Shown here: piece after piece, positions 39,353 to 48,596 of the stretch
How positions within the stretch are numbered: position 1 is the stretch's first letter
How the letters are laid out: the number at the start of each line of letters is the position of its first letter
NCBI GenBank assembly: GCA_021785655.1
Contig: JAJYET010000001.1
Span: 96,256-160,255 of the forward strand
Source of the DNA: a bacterium
GTDB lineage: Bacteria > Chloroflexota > Dormibacteria > Aeolococcales > Bog-877
Direction: 5' to 3'
DNA: 64,000 bases
The notes under the pieces: model-generated
Told to the model about the DNA's origin: nothing
Databases searched by the model: none
The model's input: only the letters and a program-made list of their open reading frames with translations
Translations under genes and position numbers: made by a program

Positions 39353-39846
39353 GGTACCCGTCGCCGCTGCAGCTGGTCACCGATCCCGCCGCGGTCCTCC
39401 ACCACCGGGCCGAGAAGGTCCGCAACTTCGATCATGAGCTGAAAGAGCTGGTGGCGGAGATGTATGTGCGCTGCGTGGAATGGAACGGGGTGGGGCTGGC
39501 CGCCCCGCAGGTGGGGCTCAGCCTGCAGCTCGCGGTGATCGTCTATGAGGGCCGGCGGTTCGCCTTCTGCAATCCGGAGCGGCTCTCTGCCCAGGGAGAG
39601 GTGGACGCCCGCGAGGGCTGCCTCTCCCTCCCCGGTCGAGTGGGGGTGGTGCGCCGGTTCGATTCCACCACGGTCCGCTACCGCAACCCCCAGGGACGTG
39701 GGGTGGTGCGCAGCTTCGAAGGCTGGCTGGCCCGCATCGTCCAGCACGAGTCGGACCACCTGGTGGGCATGCTCTGCCCCGAGCGACTGGCTCCGGGCGA
39801 GGTGTTCCACGAGATCGACGACGAGGATGAGGAACTGGAGGGCTGA
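39349..39846 (+). CDS. def: peptide deformylase
   Basis: GVGLAAPQVG, EGCLS, QHESDH. Confidence 0.96.
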   Translation: MRYPSPLQLVTDPAAVLHHRAEKVRNFDHELKELVAEMYVRCVEWNGVGLAAPQVGLSLQLAVIVYEGRRFAFCNPERLSAQGEVDAREGCLSLPGRVGVVRRFDSTTVRYRNPQGRGVVRSFEGWLARIVQHESDHLVGMLCPERLAPGEVFHEIDDEDEELEG

Positions 39847-39861
39847 CCCCCCCTGGATGGC

Positions 39862-39888
39862 CCGGCGGCCCGCCCCGCGGGCCGCCGG
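39862..39888. terminator. GC hairpin between convergent def and yceI
   Basis: CCGGCGGCCCG...CGGGCCGCCGG inverted repeat; no long U tract. Confidence 0.5.
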
Positions 39889-39901
39889 AAACCACGGGCA
39901 C

Positions 39902-40441
39902 TCAGGCCTCGACGGCCTCCGCGACCAGGTTGGCCTCGGCGTCCACCGAGATCTTCACCTCGTCGCCGACCAGCATCCCGCCGGTCTCCAGGGCCACGTT
40001 CCAGGTGAGCCCGAAGTCCTTGCGGCTGAGGGAGGCGGTGGCCTCGAAGCCCGCTGCCTTGACGCCGTAGGGGCTGACCTGGTTACCGAGGTGGGTGACC
40101 TCCAGCGTGATCGGCCGGGTCACGTCCTTGATGGTCAGGTCGCCGGTCACCCGGTAGCGGTCACCACCCAGGTGCTCCACCCCGGTGCTCTGGAAGACCA
40201 TCTCCGGGAACTTGTCGGCCTCGAAGAAGTCCGCTGAGGTGAGGTGGGCGTTGCGCTGGGGGTCACGGGTGTCGATGCTGGCCGCCTTCACCACCGCCCG
40301 GACCGAGCTCTTGGTCAGGTCATCGGGATCGAGCTCCAAGTCGACGCTGAACTCCCTAAAGTGGCCCTTCACAGTGCTCACCATCATGTGGCGAACCGAG
40401 AACTCGATCGCCGAGTGAGCCATGTCCAACTTCCAGGTCAT
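39902..40441 (-). CDS. YceI-family lipid/isoprenoid-binding protein
   Basis: WKLDMAHSAIEFSVRHMM, SIDT...RNAHL..ADFF, GDLTIKDVT, RKDFGLTWN. Confidence 0.94.
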   Translation of the reverse strand: MTWKLDMAHSAIEFSVRHMMVSTVKGHFREFSVDLELDPDDLTKSSVRAVVKAASIDTRDPQRNAHLTSADFFEADKFPEMVFQSTGVEHLGGDRYRVTGDLTIKDVTRPITLEVTHLGNQVSPYGVKAAGFEATASLSRKDFGLTWNVALETGGMLVGDEVKISVDAEANLVAEAVEA

Positions 40442-40475
40442 GCAAAATCCTCCAATGTCGCGCCTGCCGCGGTCA

Positions 40476-40524
40476 TAGTTGCTGGTACAATCATAACCCA
40501 GAGGTAGTTGTCTGTGCAAGCAAC
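40476..40524. promoter_or_regulatory. divergent yceI/marR control region with two TAGTTG-initiated imperfect palindromes
   Basis: ATAGTTGCTGGTACAATCAT and GTAGTTGTCTGTGCAAGCAAC in an AT-richer spacer. Confidence 0.45.
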
Positions 40525-41023
40525 CACGGGAGCGTCGATCGACCAGGCGGCCATGGCTGCCTGGCAGTCCTTCCTGCGCGCCCACGCGGTCCTGATCCGG
40601 ACGCTGGAGCGGGAGCTCCAGGCGGCTCGGGGCCTGCCGCTGGCCGAGTACGACGTGCTGGTGCAGCTGGACGGGGTGCCGGAGGGCCGGCTGCGGATGG
40701 CCCAGCTGGCCGACCAGGTCCTGCTGAGCCGCAGCGGCCTGACCCGCCTGGTGGAGCGGATGGAGGCCTCGGGGCTGGTGCGGCGCGAGGTCTGCCCCAG
40801 CGACGCCCGAGGCGCCTTCGCCGCCATCACCGAGGAGGGCCGGCGGCAGCTGCTCAGCAGTGCGGAGATCCACATGCGCTCTTTGCGGGACCATTTCGTC
40901 GGCCCGCTAGACTCGAGCCAGATCGGCCAGCTCCAGGAGGCCTGTGACCGGCTCCTGGAGGGCAGCCCGGAGGAACCGGTCCGCTGCCCATCGACGGATC
41001 AACCAGGCGCCGAGGAGGTTTGA
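40508..41023 (+). CDS. MarR-family regulator
   Basis: EYDVLVQL, LRMAQLADQVLLSRSGLTRLVERME, CPSDARG. Confidence 0.93.
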   Translation: MSVQATTGASIDQAAMAAWQSFLRAHAVLIRTLERELQAARGLPLAEYDVLVQLDGVPEGRLRMAQLADQVLLSRSGLTRLVERMEASGLVRREVCPSDARGAFAAITEEGRRQLLSSAEIHMRSLRDHFVGPLDSSQIGQLQEACDRLLEGSPEEPVRCPSTDQPGAEEV

Positions 41024-41727
41024 GCATGCCGGAGCCGGAGTCGGAGCGCTGCCCGTATCCGGGAGCCGGACCGGCCGCCGAGGGGTGCCCGGTGCCCCAC
41101 GGCGAGGGGGCTCCCGGATGGGACCTGGACGCCCATCTGGAAGCGGTTCGGCGGGCCCGGCAGGCTGCCCCCGCCAGCCACATGGACCCGGAGCGAGCCG
41201 AGAAGATGGCGGTCGGGGCCGCCGAGCAGCGAGCCCGCCAGCGGGGTCTGGACGAGATCGGCTCCAAGTTCGTGGAGGGCCTGGGGAAGAAGCTGGGGTA
41301 TGGCCATCCCCTGAGCGACCGCACCGGCCTCCCCCAGTTCACCTGGACCGAGGCGGCCGAGCGGCGGCTGGAGGAGGTGCCCGCCTTCTGCCGCGAGCTC
41401 ACCCGCTGGCGGGTGGAGTGGACCGCGCTCAAGAAGGGGCTCGGGACCACGATCACCCCGGAGATCATGGAGATCAAGTACCAGATGTGGGGGGAGGTCT
41501 CCCACCGGATCCAGGAGCGACGCCAGCAGGAGCTGCCCTGGACCGATTCGGCCCTGGACCGGTTCGCGCGGGTCCCGGACTTCGTGAAGGGGCAGGTCCT
41601 GGAGGCGGTGGAGGGCAACGCCCGCCAGATGGGGGCCACCCGGGTGGACGATGAGGTGGTGGACCAGGTGATCCGCCGCTGGTCCGAGACCGGCGACTTC
41701 CACGAGGGGCTCTACGGGTTCCGCTGA
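41020..41727 (+). CDS. PCP_red-repeat protein
   Basis: WTEAAERRLEEVPAFCR and WTDSALDRFARVPDFVK...VEGNAR. Confidence 0.8.
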   Translation: MSMPEPESERCPYPGAGPAAEGCPVPHGEGAPGWDLDAHLEAVRRARQAAPASHMDPERAEKMAVGAAEQRARQRGLDEIGSKFVEGLGKKLGYGHPLSDRTGLPQFTWTEAAERRLEEVPAFCRELTRWRVEWTALKKGLGTTITPEIMEIKYQMWGEVSHRIQERRQQELPWTDSALDRFARVPDFVKGQVLEAVEGNARQMGATRVDDEVVDQVIRRWSETGDFHEGLYGFR

Positions 41728-41743
41728 GCCCTCCCGCCGCGGC

Positions 41744-42124
41744 TCAGGCCCCGGAATCCAACCCTGACCGCGCCTCCTCGACCGAGACCTCGCCGCGCGC
41801 CAGGGCGCGAAGGAGTTCCAGCGGGCCCTCGGGTGGGGACGGCGACCCGGGCTCCAGCCCCAACTTGAGCAGGACCGCGTCCAGCCGGGAGCGGGCCGCG
41901 GGGTAGCTGACCCCCAGCCCGCGCTCCAGCGCCTTCATGTTGCCGCGGGACGCCAGGAAGAGGTTGAGGAGCTCCCGTTCCTCCGCTCGCAGGGAACAGA
42001 ACTCGCAGCTGGGGAAGTCCCCGGTGAGCTCGGTTCCGCAGGCGCGGCAGCTGAGCCGGGTCAGCCGCAACTCCTCGCCGCAGACCGGGCAGCGGTGGGG
42101 CGGGTGCAGGTCCGGGTCGGTCAA
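41744..42124 (-). CDS. DUF2089-family zinc-ribbon/HTH protein
   Basis: CPVCG...LSCRAC, GNMKALERGLGVSYPAARSRLD, SHOCT-like tail LARGEVSVEEA. Confidence 0.85.
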   Translation of the reverse strand: MTDPDLHPPHRCPVCGEELRLTRLSCRACGTELTGDFPSCEFCSLRAEERELLNLFLASRGNMKALERGLGVSYPAARSRLDAVLLKLGLEPGSPSPPEGPLELLRALARGEVSVEEARSGLDSGA

Positions 42125-42894
42125 CCCAGCTCCACCCAGACGGCCCCGGTGGTGGCCTCGAGCTGGAGCTCTCCCGAACCCTCCCCCACGGTCACGTGAC
42201 GCACGTCTCCGCCCATGGTCCAACCGGCGGCGAGCCCGGGATCATCACCGGGCAGGGTGATCTTCCCCAGGGTGCTGCGCGCCTCCACCTTGACGCTGGA
42301 TCCGGGCTTCAAGACCACCTTCACGGTGCCGGCGTCACAGCGCACCCTGGAGATCCCGGCAGCCAACACGCCCTCCACCGATACGGTGCCCCAGGTGACC
42401 TTGAGGTCCAACGGCTGCGTCACCCCGGTGAGCTTGGCGCTCCCCGCCTGGATGTCGGCACGGATCGGCGCCAGGATACCCTGCACAGTGAGCAGGCCGG
42501 CGGCCATTTCGACCTCCAAGGGCAGGTTGGGATTCATCCTGACCACGATCGGCCGCAGAGGCATCTCATGCGCTCCGAAGGGAGTCCGCTCCGACCAGTG
42601 GAACGAGAACCACCCGGAGGCGTCCGAGAGGGGCATCCCCCGGATCACCAGCGCGTCGCCCTCCCGGGCCGCCTGATGGGGACCGGTGACCACGGCATCC
42701 CGGACCTCGGGGTCACCCACAACCCTCGTGGGGTGCACCAGCCCGGTCACGCGGACCCGGGCCACCGGAGACTCGGCCACGGCGACCGCCGCACCCCGGC
42801 GGATCTCGGCCAACTTCGCCGCCGCCGCCTCCGGCGACAGCCCGCCAGCGGCCACCTGGCGGAGGATCTCTTCGATCTGTTCGTCGTCTTTCAT
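42121..42894 (-). CDS. SHOCT-like N-terminus + DUF4097-like beta-repeat protein
   Basis: EILRQVAAGGLSPEAAA then repeated beta units (AGLLTV, AGSAKL, WGTVSV, AGTVKV, LGKITL, TGAVWV); coupled to DUF2089. Confidence 0.72.
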   Translation of the reverse strand: MKDDEQIEEILRQVAAGGLSPEAAAAKLAEIRRGAAVAVAESPVARVRVTGLVHPTRVVGDPEVRDAVVTGPHQAAREGDALVIRGMPLSDASGWFSFHWSERTPFGAHEMPLRPIVVRMNPNLPLEVEMAAGLLTVQGILAPIRADIQAGSAKLTGVTQPLDLKVTWGTVSVEGVLAAGISRVRCDAGTVKVVLKPGSSVKVEARSTLGKITLPGDDPGLAAGWTMGGDVRHVTVGEGSGELQLEATTGAVWVELG

Positions 42895-42900
42895 GTGGAT

Positions 42901-42930
42901 ATTTTTTCCCCCGGCGCTGGATTTGTCAAG
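42901..42930 (-). promoter_or_regulatory. sigma70-type promoter, probably a leaderless or near-leaderless mRNA
   Basis: minus strand TTGACA-17nt-AAAAAT ending about 7 nt before the ATG; no SD. Confidence 0.45.
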
Positions 42931-43153
42931 CTTGAATGGGATATTTCGCGGGTCGATGTGCATTTCCAACAGCCCTCCCCAGTTCGCTCCCCGTCGTTGA
43001 GCCAGCGACGAGACTCGCCCGCGGCCTGGGGGAAACAGGCCCCGCAGCGCATGAGGTGGGAGGTGACCCAACTGGGGCGCGGGCGGGGTCGGGCGGAGGG
43101 CGGCCGAGCCGGAGGCGCCTCGGACCCGGCCCGGTCGAGCGTAAGATCCGGAC

Positions 43154-43459
43154 GTGCTCCCCGCCAGCAGCCCCAGGGGTAACGCCGACCTCCTCATCCC
43201 CAAGCTGACCCGGACCGAGGTGGGGATGTGGGTGGTGTACGCGGTGGTGGCGGTCATCACCGTGGCGGTCCCCATCATCACCCACCACCTGAGCCTCGCC
43301 GATGTCGGCGCCTGGATCCTGGTCCTGGGAGCCGCGGCGATGAGCGTTGGCTGGTATCGCTCCGGCGCGCTGCGGTCCCGCGAGTGGATGGAGGAGGCGG
43401 AGTACGAGGAGTTCCTGAAGGAGATGCAGGGTCCGTACCAGCCGCCGGAGCCGACCTGA
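43154..43459 (+). CDS. small 2-TM membrane protein (start uncertain)
   Basis: two hydrophobic helices then acidic tail. Confidence 0.6.
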   Translation: MLPASSPRGNADLLIPKLTRTEVGMWVVYAVVAVITVAVPIITHHLSLADVGAWILVLGAAAMSVGWYRSGALRSREWMEEAEYEEFLKEMQGPYQPPEPT

Positions 43460-43492
43460 GTCCGCGACGGCCACATATTCCGACTTGACAGC

Positions 43493-43520
43493 TACGATTT
43501 AACCTCCGTACCGTAGCCGG
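43493..43520 (+). promoter_or_regulatory. sigma70 promoter for FTR1
   Basis: TTGACA followed by an AT-rich spacer and TACCGT; RBS AGGAGG downstream; spacing not canonical. Confidence 0.35.
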
Positions 43521-43554
43521 GGCGGCGAGCGCTGCGCCGGCTCGGGAACAGGAG

Positions 43555-44436
43555 GTGTCTGGGTTCATGCTGCCCACGTTCGTGATCTTCCTTCGGGAGG
43601 GGGTAGAGGCCAGCATGATCATCGCCATCCTGCTCGCCTACCTGGCCCGGAGCGGGCATCGGGAGCACTTCAAAGATGTCTACCTGGGGGTGGGAGCCGC
43701 CCTGGTGCTGGCCTTCGGGGGCGGTGCCGCGGCGTTCCTTCTGATCCACACCTACGAGGGGTCCCGGGTCCAGACCATCTTCGAGACCGGCACCTACCTC
43801 TTGGCCTGCGGCGTCCTGACATACATGACCTTTTGGATGCACTCCCACGCCCGGACGCTGTCCCGGGAGCTCCGCGAGCGCACCGACCGGGCCATGGGGG
43901 GTGGGGCCCGGTTGAGCCTGGCGCTGGTTGCCTTCCAGGCGGTCGGCCGGGAGGGATTGGAGACCGTGGTCTTCACCCTGGCCATCTTCTTCGCGGCGGC
44001 CGGCAGCCAGGCCAACTTCGCAGCCTCGGTGCCGGCGGCGGCGCTGGGGGCGGGGCTCGGGCTGGCGACGGCGCTGGCCATCGCCTTCGCCATCTATCGG
44101 CTCGGCCACCGGCTCAATCTCGGACGGTTCTTCCAGATCGTGGGCTCCCTGCTGATGCTCTTCGCCGCCGGCCTGCTGGCCGACGCAGTGGAGAATCTCC
44201 AGCAGTTGGGATGGCTGCCCCTACTCGCCCACCCGCTCTGGAACACCTCGGCTCAGCTGAGCGAGCAGGGCGCTCTGGGGGACATGCTCCACACCTTCTT
44301 GGGCTATGCCGCCCAGCCCACGGCGCTGCAGGTGCTGGCCTACGCGGCCTACGTCCTGGCGGCGGTGGGCGGGTTCATCTGGCTCGGCGGGCGCCACCGC
44401 CCCCGGCCGGCCCAGCCCGCCGCCAGCCCCAGCTGA
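43555..44436 (+). CDS. FTR1/EfeU-family iron permease
   Basis: two RExxE motifs (REGVE, REGLE); 7 TM. Confidence 0.93.
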   Translation: MSGFMLPTFVIFLREGVEASMIIAILLAYLARSGHREHFKDVYLGVGAALVLAFGGGAAAFLLIHTYEGSRVQTIFETGTYLLACGVLTYMTFWMHSHARTLSRELRERTDRAMGGGARLSLALVAFQAVGREGLETVVFTLAIFFAAAGSQANFAASVPAAALGAGLGLATALAIAFAIYRLGHRLNLGRFFQIVGSLLMLFAAGLLADAVENLQQLGWLPLLAHPLWNTSAQLSEQGALGDMLHTFLGYAAQPTALQVLAYAAYVLAAVGGFIWLGGRHRPRPAQPAASPS

Positions 44437-44478
44437 CCCAGCGGGGGAAACGGCTCTGCAGAGGCCGCGGCTGCCCAG

Positions 44479-45753
44479 CTATCCAGCGTCCTCTGAGACC
44501 AGTTCCGCCGCTGACCTGGCCAGGGAGCCGACCGCCCGGACCAGATCGGTGAACGAGGTGGTGGGAGCGGCGCAGCCCAGGCGCACCCGGTCCGGGGGGC
44601 GAAAGTCCAGGATCACCTCGCCTGAGCGGTCCAGGCGCTCGCACAGCTCCCTGGCCCGGGGGTGACGCAGGGTCACCTGGGAGCCACGCCGCTGACCCTC
44701 GCGCGGGGTGGCGAGCCGGAACCCCAGTGGCTCGAGCGTGCGGTCCACGAGCCCGACCAGGTGGTCGGTGAGGGCCAGGCTCTTGGCCCGCACTCTCTCG
44801 ACCCCCAACTCCGCCAGGAGTTCGACCCCCTCCTCGACCAGGGCCAGCCCCAGGATCTGGGGCGTGCCCGATAGGAAGCTTCCGATGCCCTCCTGAGGGG
44901 AGTAGGGCTCCTCCATGGCGAAGGGGTCACGCTTGCCCATCCACCCCCAGATCGGCTGCTGGAGTCGGCGCTGAAGGTGCCGGCTGACGTACAGGAAGGC
45001 AGGTGACCCGGGGCCGGCGTTGAGGTACTTGTAGGTGCAGCCGGCGGCCAGGTCAGCCCCGCTCTGGTCCAGGGTGATCGGGACCGCTCCCACCGAGTGG
45101 CTGAGGTCCCAGACGGTCAGCGCTCCCGCGTCTCGGACGACGCCCGAGATCCCCGCCATGTCGGCCAGCGCCCCGGAGCGGTAGTCGACGTGCGAGAGGA
45201 GCACGAGCGCGGTGTCCGGTCCCACGGCGCTGCCGACGGCCTCCGGGGTGGGGCCCATGACCTCGTCGAAGTCCACCGACCTAAGCTTCAACCGGCGGTC
45301 GGCGGCGAGCCCGGCCAAGAGGTAGCGGTCCGTGGGGAAGTTGGCACGGTCCGTGACCACCACCGGCCGCTCCGGGAGGGCGTCGAGGGCCGCGGCCGCG
45401 AGCTTGTACAGGTTGACCGAGGTGGAGTCGGCCACCACGACCTGGCCCGGGCCGGCGCCGAGGAGGACCTCTCCCAGCCGGTCGCCGACCCTGGTCGGCA
45501 TGCCCATCCACCCCGACCAGGAGCGGACGAGGCCGTGGCCCCACTCCTCCTCCGCCACCTGCAGCAGGCGGATGAGCGAGCGTCTCGGCAACCGTCCCAG
45601 GGAGTTCCCATCCAGGTAGGGAGGATCTTGCGCACCGGTATGGAACTGCTCCCGGGCCCAGGCCAGCGGGTCGGCGCGATCCAGGGCGGCGGCCTCGGCA
45701 AGCTCCTCGGCGAAGGGAGTCGACTCCTCCCCCACAGGGGACGGATCGGTCAC
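44479..45753 (-). CDS. kynU: kynureninase
   Basis: YLDGNSLG, DSTSVNLYK, NFPTDRY, WDLSHSVG, GCTYKYLNAGPG, RGSQV. Confidence 0.95.
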   Translation of the reverse strand: MTDPSPVGEESTPFAEELAEAAALDRADPLAWAREQFHTGAQDPPYLDGNSLGRLPRRSLIRLLQVAEEEWGHGLVRSWSGWMGMPTRVGDRLGEVLLGAGPGQVVVADSTSVNLYKLAAAALDALPERPVVVTDRANFPTDRYLLAGLAADRRLKLRSVDFDEVMGPTPEAVGSAVGPDTALVLLSHVDYRSGALADMAGISGVVRDAGALTVWDLSHSVGAVPITLDQSGADLAAGCTYKYLNAGPGSPAFLYVSRHLQRRLQQPIWGWMGKRDPFAMEEPYSPQEGIGSFLSGTPQILGLALVEEGVELLAELGVERVRAKSLALTDHLVGLVDRTLEPLGFRLATPREGQRRGSQVTLRHPRARELCERLDRSGEVILDFRPPDRVRLGCAAPTTSFTDLVRAVGSLARSAAELVSEDAG

Positions 45754-46238
45754 GCTTGGCGTCGCAGCCGGGAGATGACGTGGGGCGCCGGGTCCTCCCC
45801 CCCAACCGCGATCAGGACCTCGTGCACCAGCTCCGGCCCCTCCAGCTGGAGCCGCCGACCTACCCGGTCGAGCCGCCGCGCCGCGGGCGTGACTCCGAGG
45901 ATCCCGGGGGAGAGATCGAGCCGGCCTCCCAGCAGCCGGCCGACCTGGATCTCGGTGTATCCGGCAGGGATGGCCAGCACCAGCTCCACCGCTCCCCCTG
46001 GGAGGAGCCTCAGGTAGCCCCTCTCGGAATGGCTAAGCTCTCCGGTACCCAGGACCTCGGTTCGCTGGTCCCAGCTGACCACGGCTCGGTCCGGCACGGC
46101 CTGAAGTGCGAGCCGCTCGCGGTACCGGAATGGCGGGTCCGACCACCGCCCCATCCCCTCGCCCTCCCAGACGCCCAGCCAGGACCGGAACGGGGCTAGG
46201 AGCGCCTGGACTTGGGGGTTGGACACGAGCCCGACCAT
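45750..46238 (-). CDS. nitrobindin / FABP-like (DUF1794) heme beta-barrel
   Basis: WLGVWEGEG, HSERGYLR, C-terminal PHVISRLRR His. Confidence 0.82.
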   Translation of the reverse strand: MVGLVSNPQVQALLAPFRSWLGVWEGEGMGRWSDPPFRYRERLALQAVPDRAVVSWDQRTEVLGTGELSHSERGYLRLLPGGAVELVLAIPAGYTEIQVGRLLGGRLDLSPGILGVTPAARRLDRVGRRLQLEGPELVHEVLIAVGGEDPAPHVISRLRRQA

Positions 46239-46325
46239 ACGGGGCGGGCCATCCGAGGTCAAGCCCGCGGCGGTGACCCAGTTCCCGGGCACCTGACGAC
46301 TCTGCGGGCCGGGTACCCTGATTTC

Positions 46326-47300
46326 GTGGAGATCAGGATCCCCTCGCGAGAGGAGGCGCTCTGGCTGCTGGCGGCGGGGCTGCCGCCGGCGGGGCCGTTC
46401 CCTCTCCGGTCCACCGACCCCGACCCTGGGTTCTTCGGCCCGGGAAGCGTCACCTGGAGGGTGATGCGCGAGCCGCTCCTGCTGCTCGGCGCCTCCCGGG
46501 CGCTGCTGGTCCAGGTGGCGCATCCGCTGGTGGCGGAGGGGGCCCTCGACCACAGCGACTTCGCCCAGGACGCGGTGGGAAGGTTCCAGCGCACCGTGGC
46601 CTGGGTCACCAGCGTGGTCTTCGGGACCCAGGACGAGGCCCGCGCCGCAACCCGGGAGGTGAACCGTGCCCACCGCAAGGTGGAGGGCCTGCTCTCCACC
46701 GAGCATGCCACCCGGACTTGGGAGGCCGGGAGCTCGTACCGGGCCCGGGATCAGGACCTCATCCTCTGGGTCCACGCGGCTCTGGTGGAGTCCATGCTGG
46801 CCACCCATGACGCCGCCATCGGCGGCCTGCAACCGAGGGAGCGCGACCGCTTCGTTCTGGAGTGGGACCCGGTGGTCAGGATGATGGGCCTGCCGGACGG
46901 GGCGGGGTGGCAAGGGTACGGGGATCTGCGCCTCTGGATGGACCAGCTGGTGGAGAACGGGGCGGCAATCCCCGGGGCCGGCTCCCGAGCGGTGGCCGAC
47001 GTGATCCTCGTGCCCCGGCTGGGGCTGAACGGGCCAACTGCCCTCGCCGAGCTCACCGGCTTCATCACCTCCGGCCTCCTGCCGGACCCGATCCGCCACC
47101 ATTACCGAATCCGCTGGACCCCGGCTCACGAGCTGGCTCATCGCGCCCTGTGCGCCTCGCTGCGCGGGGCGCGCACGCTGATGCCCAGGCCCTTCCGGGT
47201 CTCCCCGGTCTACGACTTCGCGGTGGCCCGCGCCGCCGGGGAGCTCCGCCGTCGCCCCGATCTCCGGGAGAGCCTGGCGGGCCAGCCGAGACTCGCCTGA
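46326..47300 (+). CDS. MpaB/Lcp-like (DUF2236) oxygenase-family protein
   Basis: GFFGPGSVTWRV, LLVQVAHPLVA, VNRAHRKV, YRARD..LILWVHA. Confidence 0.9.
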   Translation: MEIRIPSREEALWLLAAGLPPAGPFPLRSTDPDPGFFGPGSVTWRVMREPLLLLGASRALLVQVAHPLVAEGALDHSDFAQDAVGRFQRTVAWVTSVVFGTQDEARAATREVNRAHRKVEGLLSTEHATRTWEAGSSYRARDQDLILWVHAALVESMLATHDAAIGGLQPRERDRFVLEWDPVVRMMGLPDGAGWQGYGDLRLWMDQLVENGAAIPGAGSRAVADVILVPRLGLNGPTALAELTGFITSGLLPDPIRHHYRIRWTPAHELAHRALCASLRGARTLMPRPFRVSPVYDFAVARAAGELRRRPDLRESLAGQPRLA

Positions 47301-47307
47301 CGTCGGC

Positions 47308-47871
47308 TCACTCCACACCCCAGCTCACAATCGCCGGCACGGAGTGCTCCCAGCCCAATATCGAAACCGAGGCCACCGGGACCACGAGGTGGCGGCAGAT
47401 CTCGACCTCCTGCTCGAGGTAGGCGGCGGCCACCGCCCGGAGGATGTGGCCGTGACCGAAGAGGGCGCTGTCTCTCGAGCCATCGAGGCCCAGCTCCTTC
47501 AGAAGCCGCCGGGCCCGGCGGAGGACCTCCTCCGGCGACTCGCCGCCGGGGCACCCATCGCGCCACAGATCCCAGCCGGGCCAGGTCGCCTCGATCTGGT
47601 CGCGCGTCCACCCCTCGAAGTCCCCGTAGTCGTACTCGCGAAGGTCGGCGGCCACCTCCGCCCGCTCCCCGAGGCCCGCCAGGTTGGCGGTCTGTCGAGC
47701 TCGGAGCATGGGACTCACGACCACCCGATCGAAGTCGACCGAGGCCAGTCGGTCCCTAAGGTGGTGGGCCTGCTCCTCACCGCGAGGGCTGAGGGGGAGA
47801 TCGGTGCGGCCGGTGTGACGGCCGCTCACGGTCCACTCGGTCTCCCCGTGGCGGACCAGGTAAATGGGCAC
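47308..47871 (-). CDS. histidine phosphatase (PGM family)
   Basis: LVRHGETEW, HTGRTDLPL, SPMLRARQT, EYDYGDFEG, GHGHILR. Confidence 0.93.
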   Translation of the reverse strand: MPIYLVRHGETEWTVSGRHTGRTDLPLSPRGEEQAHHLRDRLASVDFDRVVVSPMLRARQTANLAGLGERAEVAADLREYDYGDFEGWTRDQIEATWPGWDLWRDGCPGGESPEEVLRRARRLLKELGLDGSRDSALFGHGHILRAVAAAYLEQEVEICRHLVVPVASVSILGWEHSVPAIVSWGVE

Positions 47872-47928
47872 CGCGTGCAGTCTAGAGAGAGGGGTGCCCG
47901 ATGGCAGCTCGGATATACTGGGCGCCTC

Positions 47929-48006
47929 CGGGAAGTAGCTCAGTCAGGTTAGAGTGCACGGTTCGGGACCGTGAGGTCGGCGGTTCGAATCCGCCCTTCC
48001 CGACCA
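47929..48006 (+). tRNA. tRNA-Pro (CGG)
   Basis: CGGGAAG/CTTCCCG acceptor stem, CACGG-TTCGGGA-CCGTG anticodon arm, GGTTCGAATCC, CCA. Confidence 0.96.
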
Positions 48007-48200
48007 GAGCCTCCGCTGGTCCCCGTTCTTTAGATCATCTGGGTTCGCTTGACGGTTTGCGCGGTGCCTCTAGCACCCAGTCCTGGCCTGATGCGGGGTA
48101 GAGCAAACGCCTGTGGAACGAGTGCGGCGTATCGCGCGAAGTGGGCCGGATTCCGGTCCCAGCGGGCGGGAGTCACGGCAACTGGGAGGGCTCCCAACTA

Positions 48201-48596
48201 TCAGGTGCCGAGGACGCAGAGGACGCTGCCCTCGGGATCGGAGAGGACATTCCAATGGATGTCCCGCTGATCCACATCGGTCAAGGTGGCCCCGCGGCTC
48301 AGTAGAGCGTCCACCTCTTTGTCCCTGGTCCGGCCGACCGGCCAGGTGTCGCAGTGGACCCAGTCCTTGACCGCGCCCTCGTCGGCTACCGGTACGAACA
48401 CAATCGCTGGAGGTTGCGGCCCACTCCGATAGGAGTTCTCGTCGGGCCGATCCGATTCCGAGCCCCGGGGGCCAAGCGCGACCCAACCTTCCTCGGACTG
48501 CCGCAAGGTGGAGTGTCCCAAGGTCTCGGCCCGCCACCGGGCCGGGGTCACGGGCTCGCGGCTGTCAAGGATGATGTCGCTGAGGCAGCTGGTCAT
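48201..48596 (-). CDS. VOC/glyoxalase-like protein, possibly decaying
   Basis: IVFVPV...KDWVHCD, LLSRGAT, WNVLSDPEG..LCV; several consensus positions look eroded. Confidence 0.6.
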   Translation of the reverse strand: MTSCLSDIILDSREPVTPARWRAETLGHSTLRQSEEGWVALGPRGSESDRPDENSYRSGPQPPAIVFVPVADEGAVKDWVHCDTWPVGRTRDKEVDALLSRGATLTDVDQRDIHWNVLSDPEGSVLCVLGT

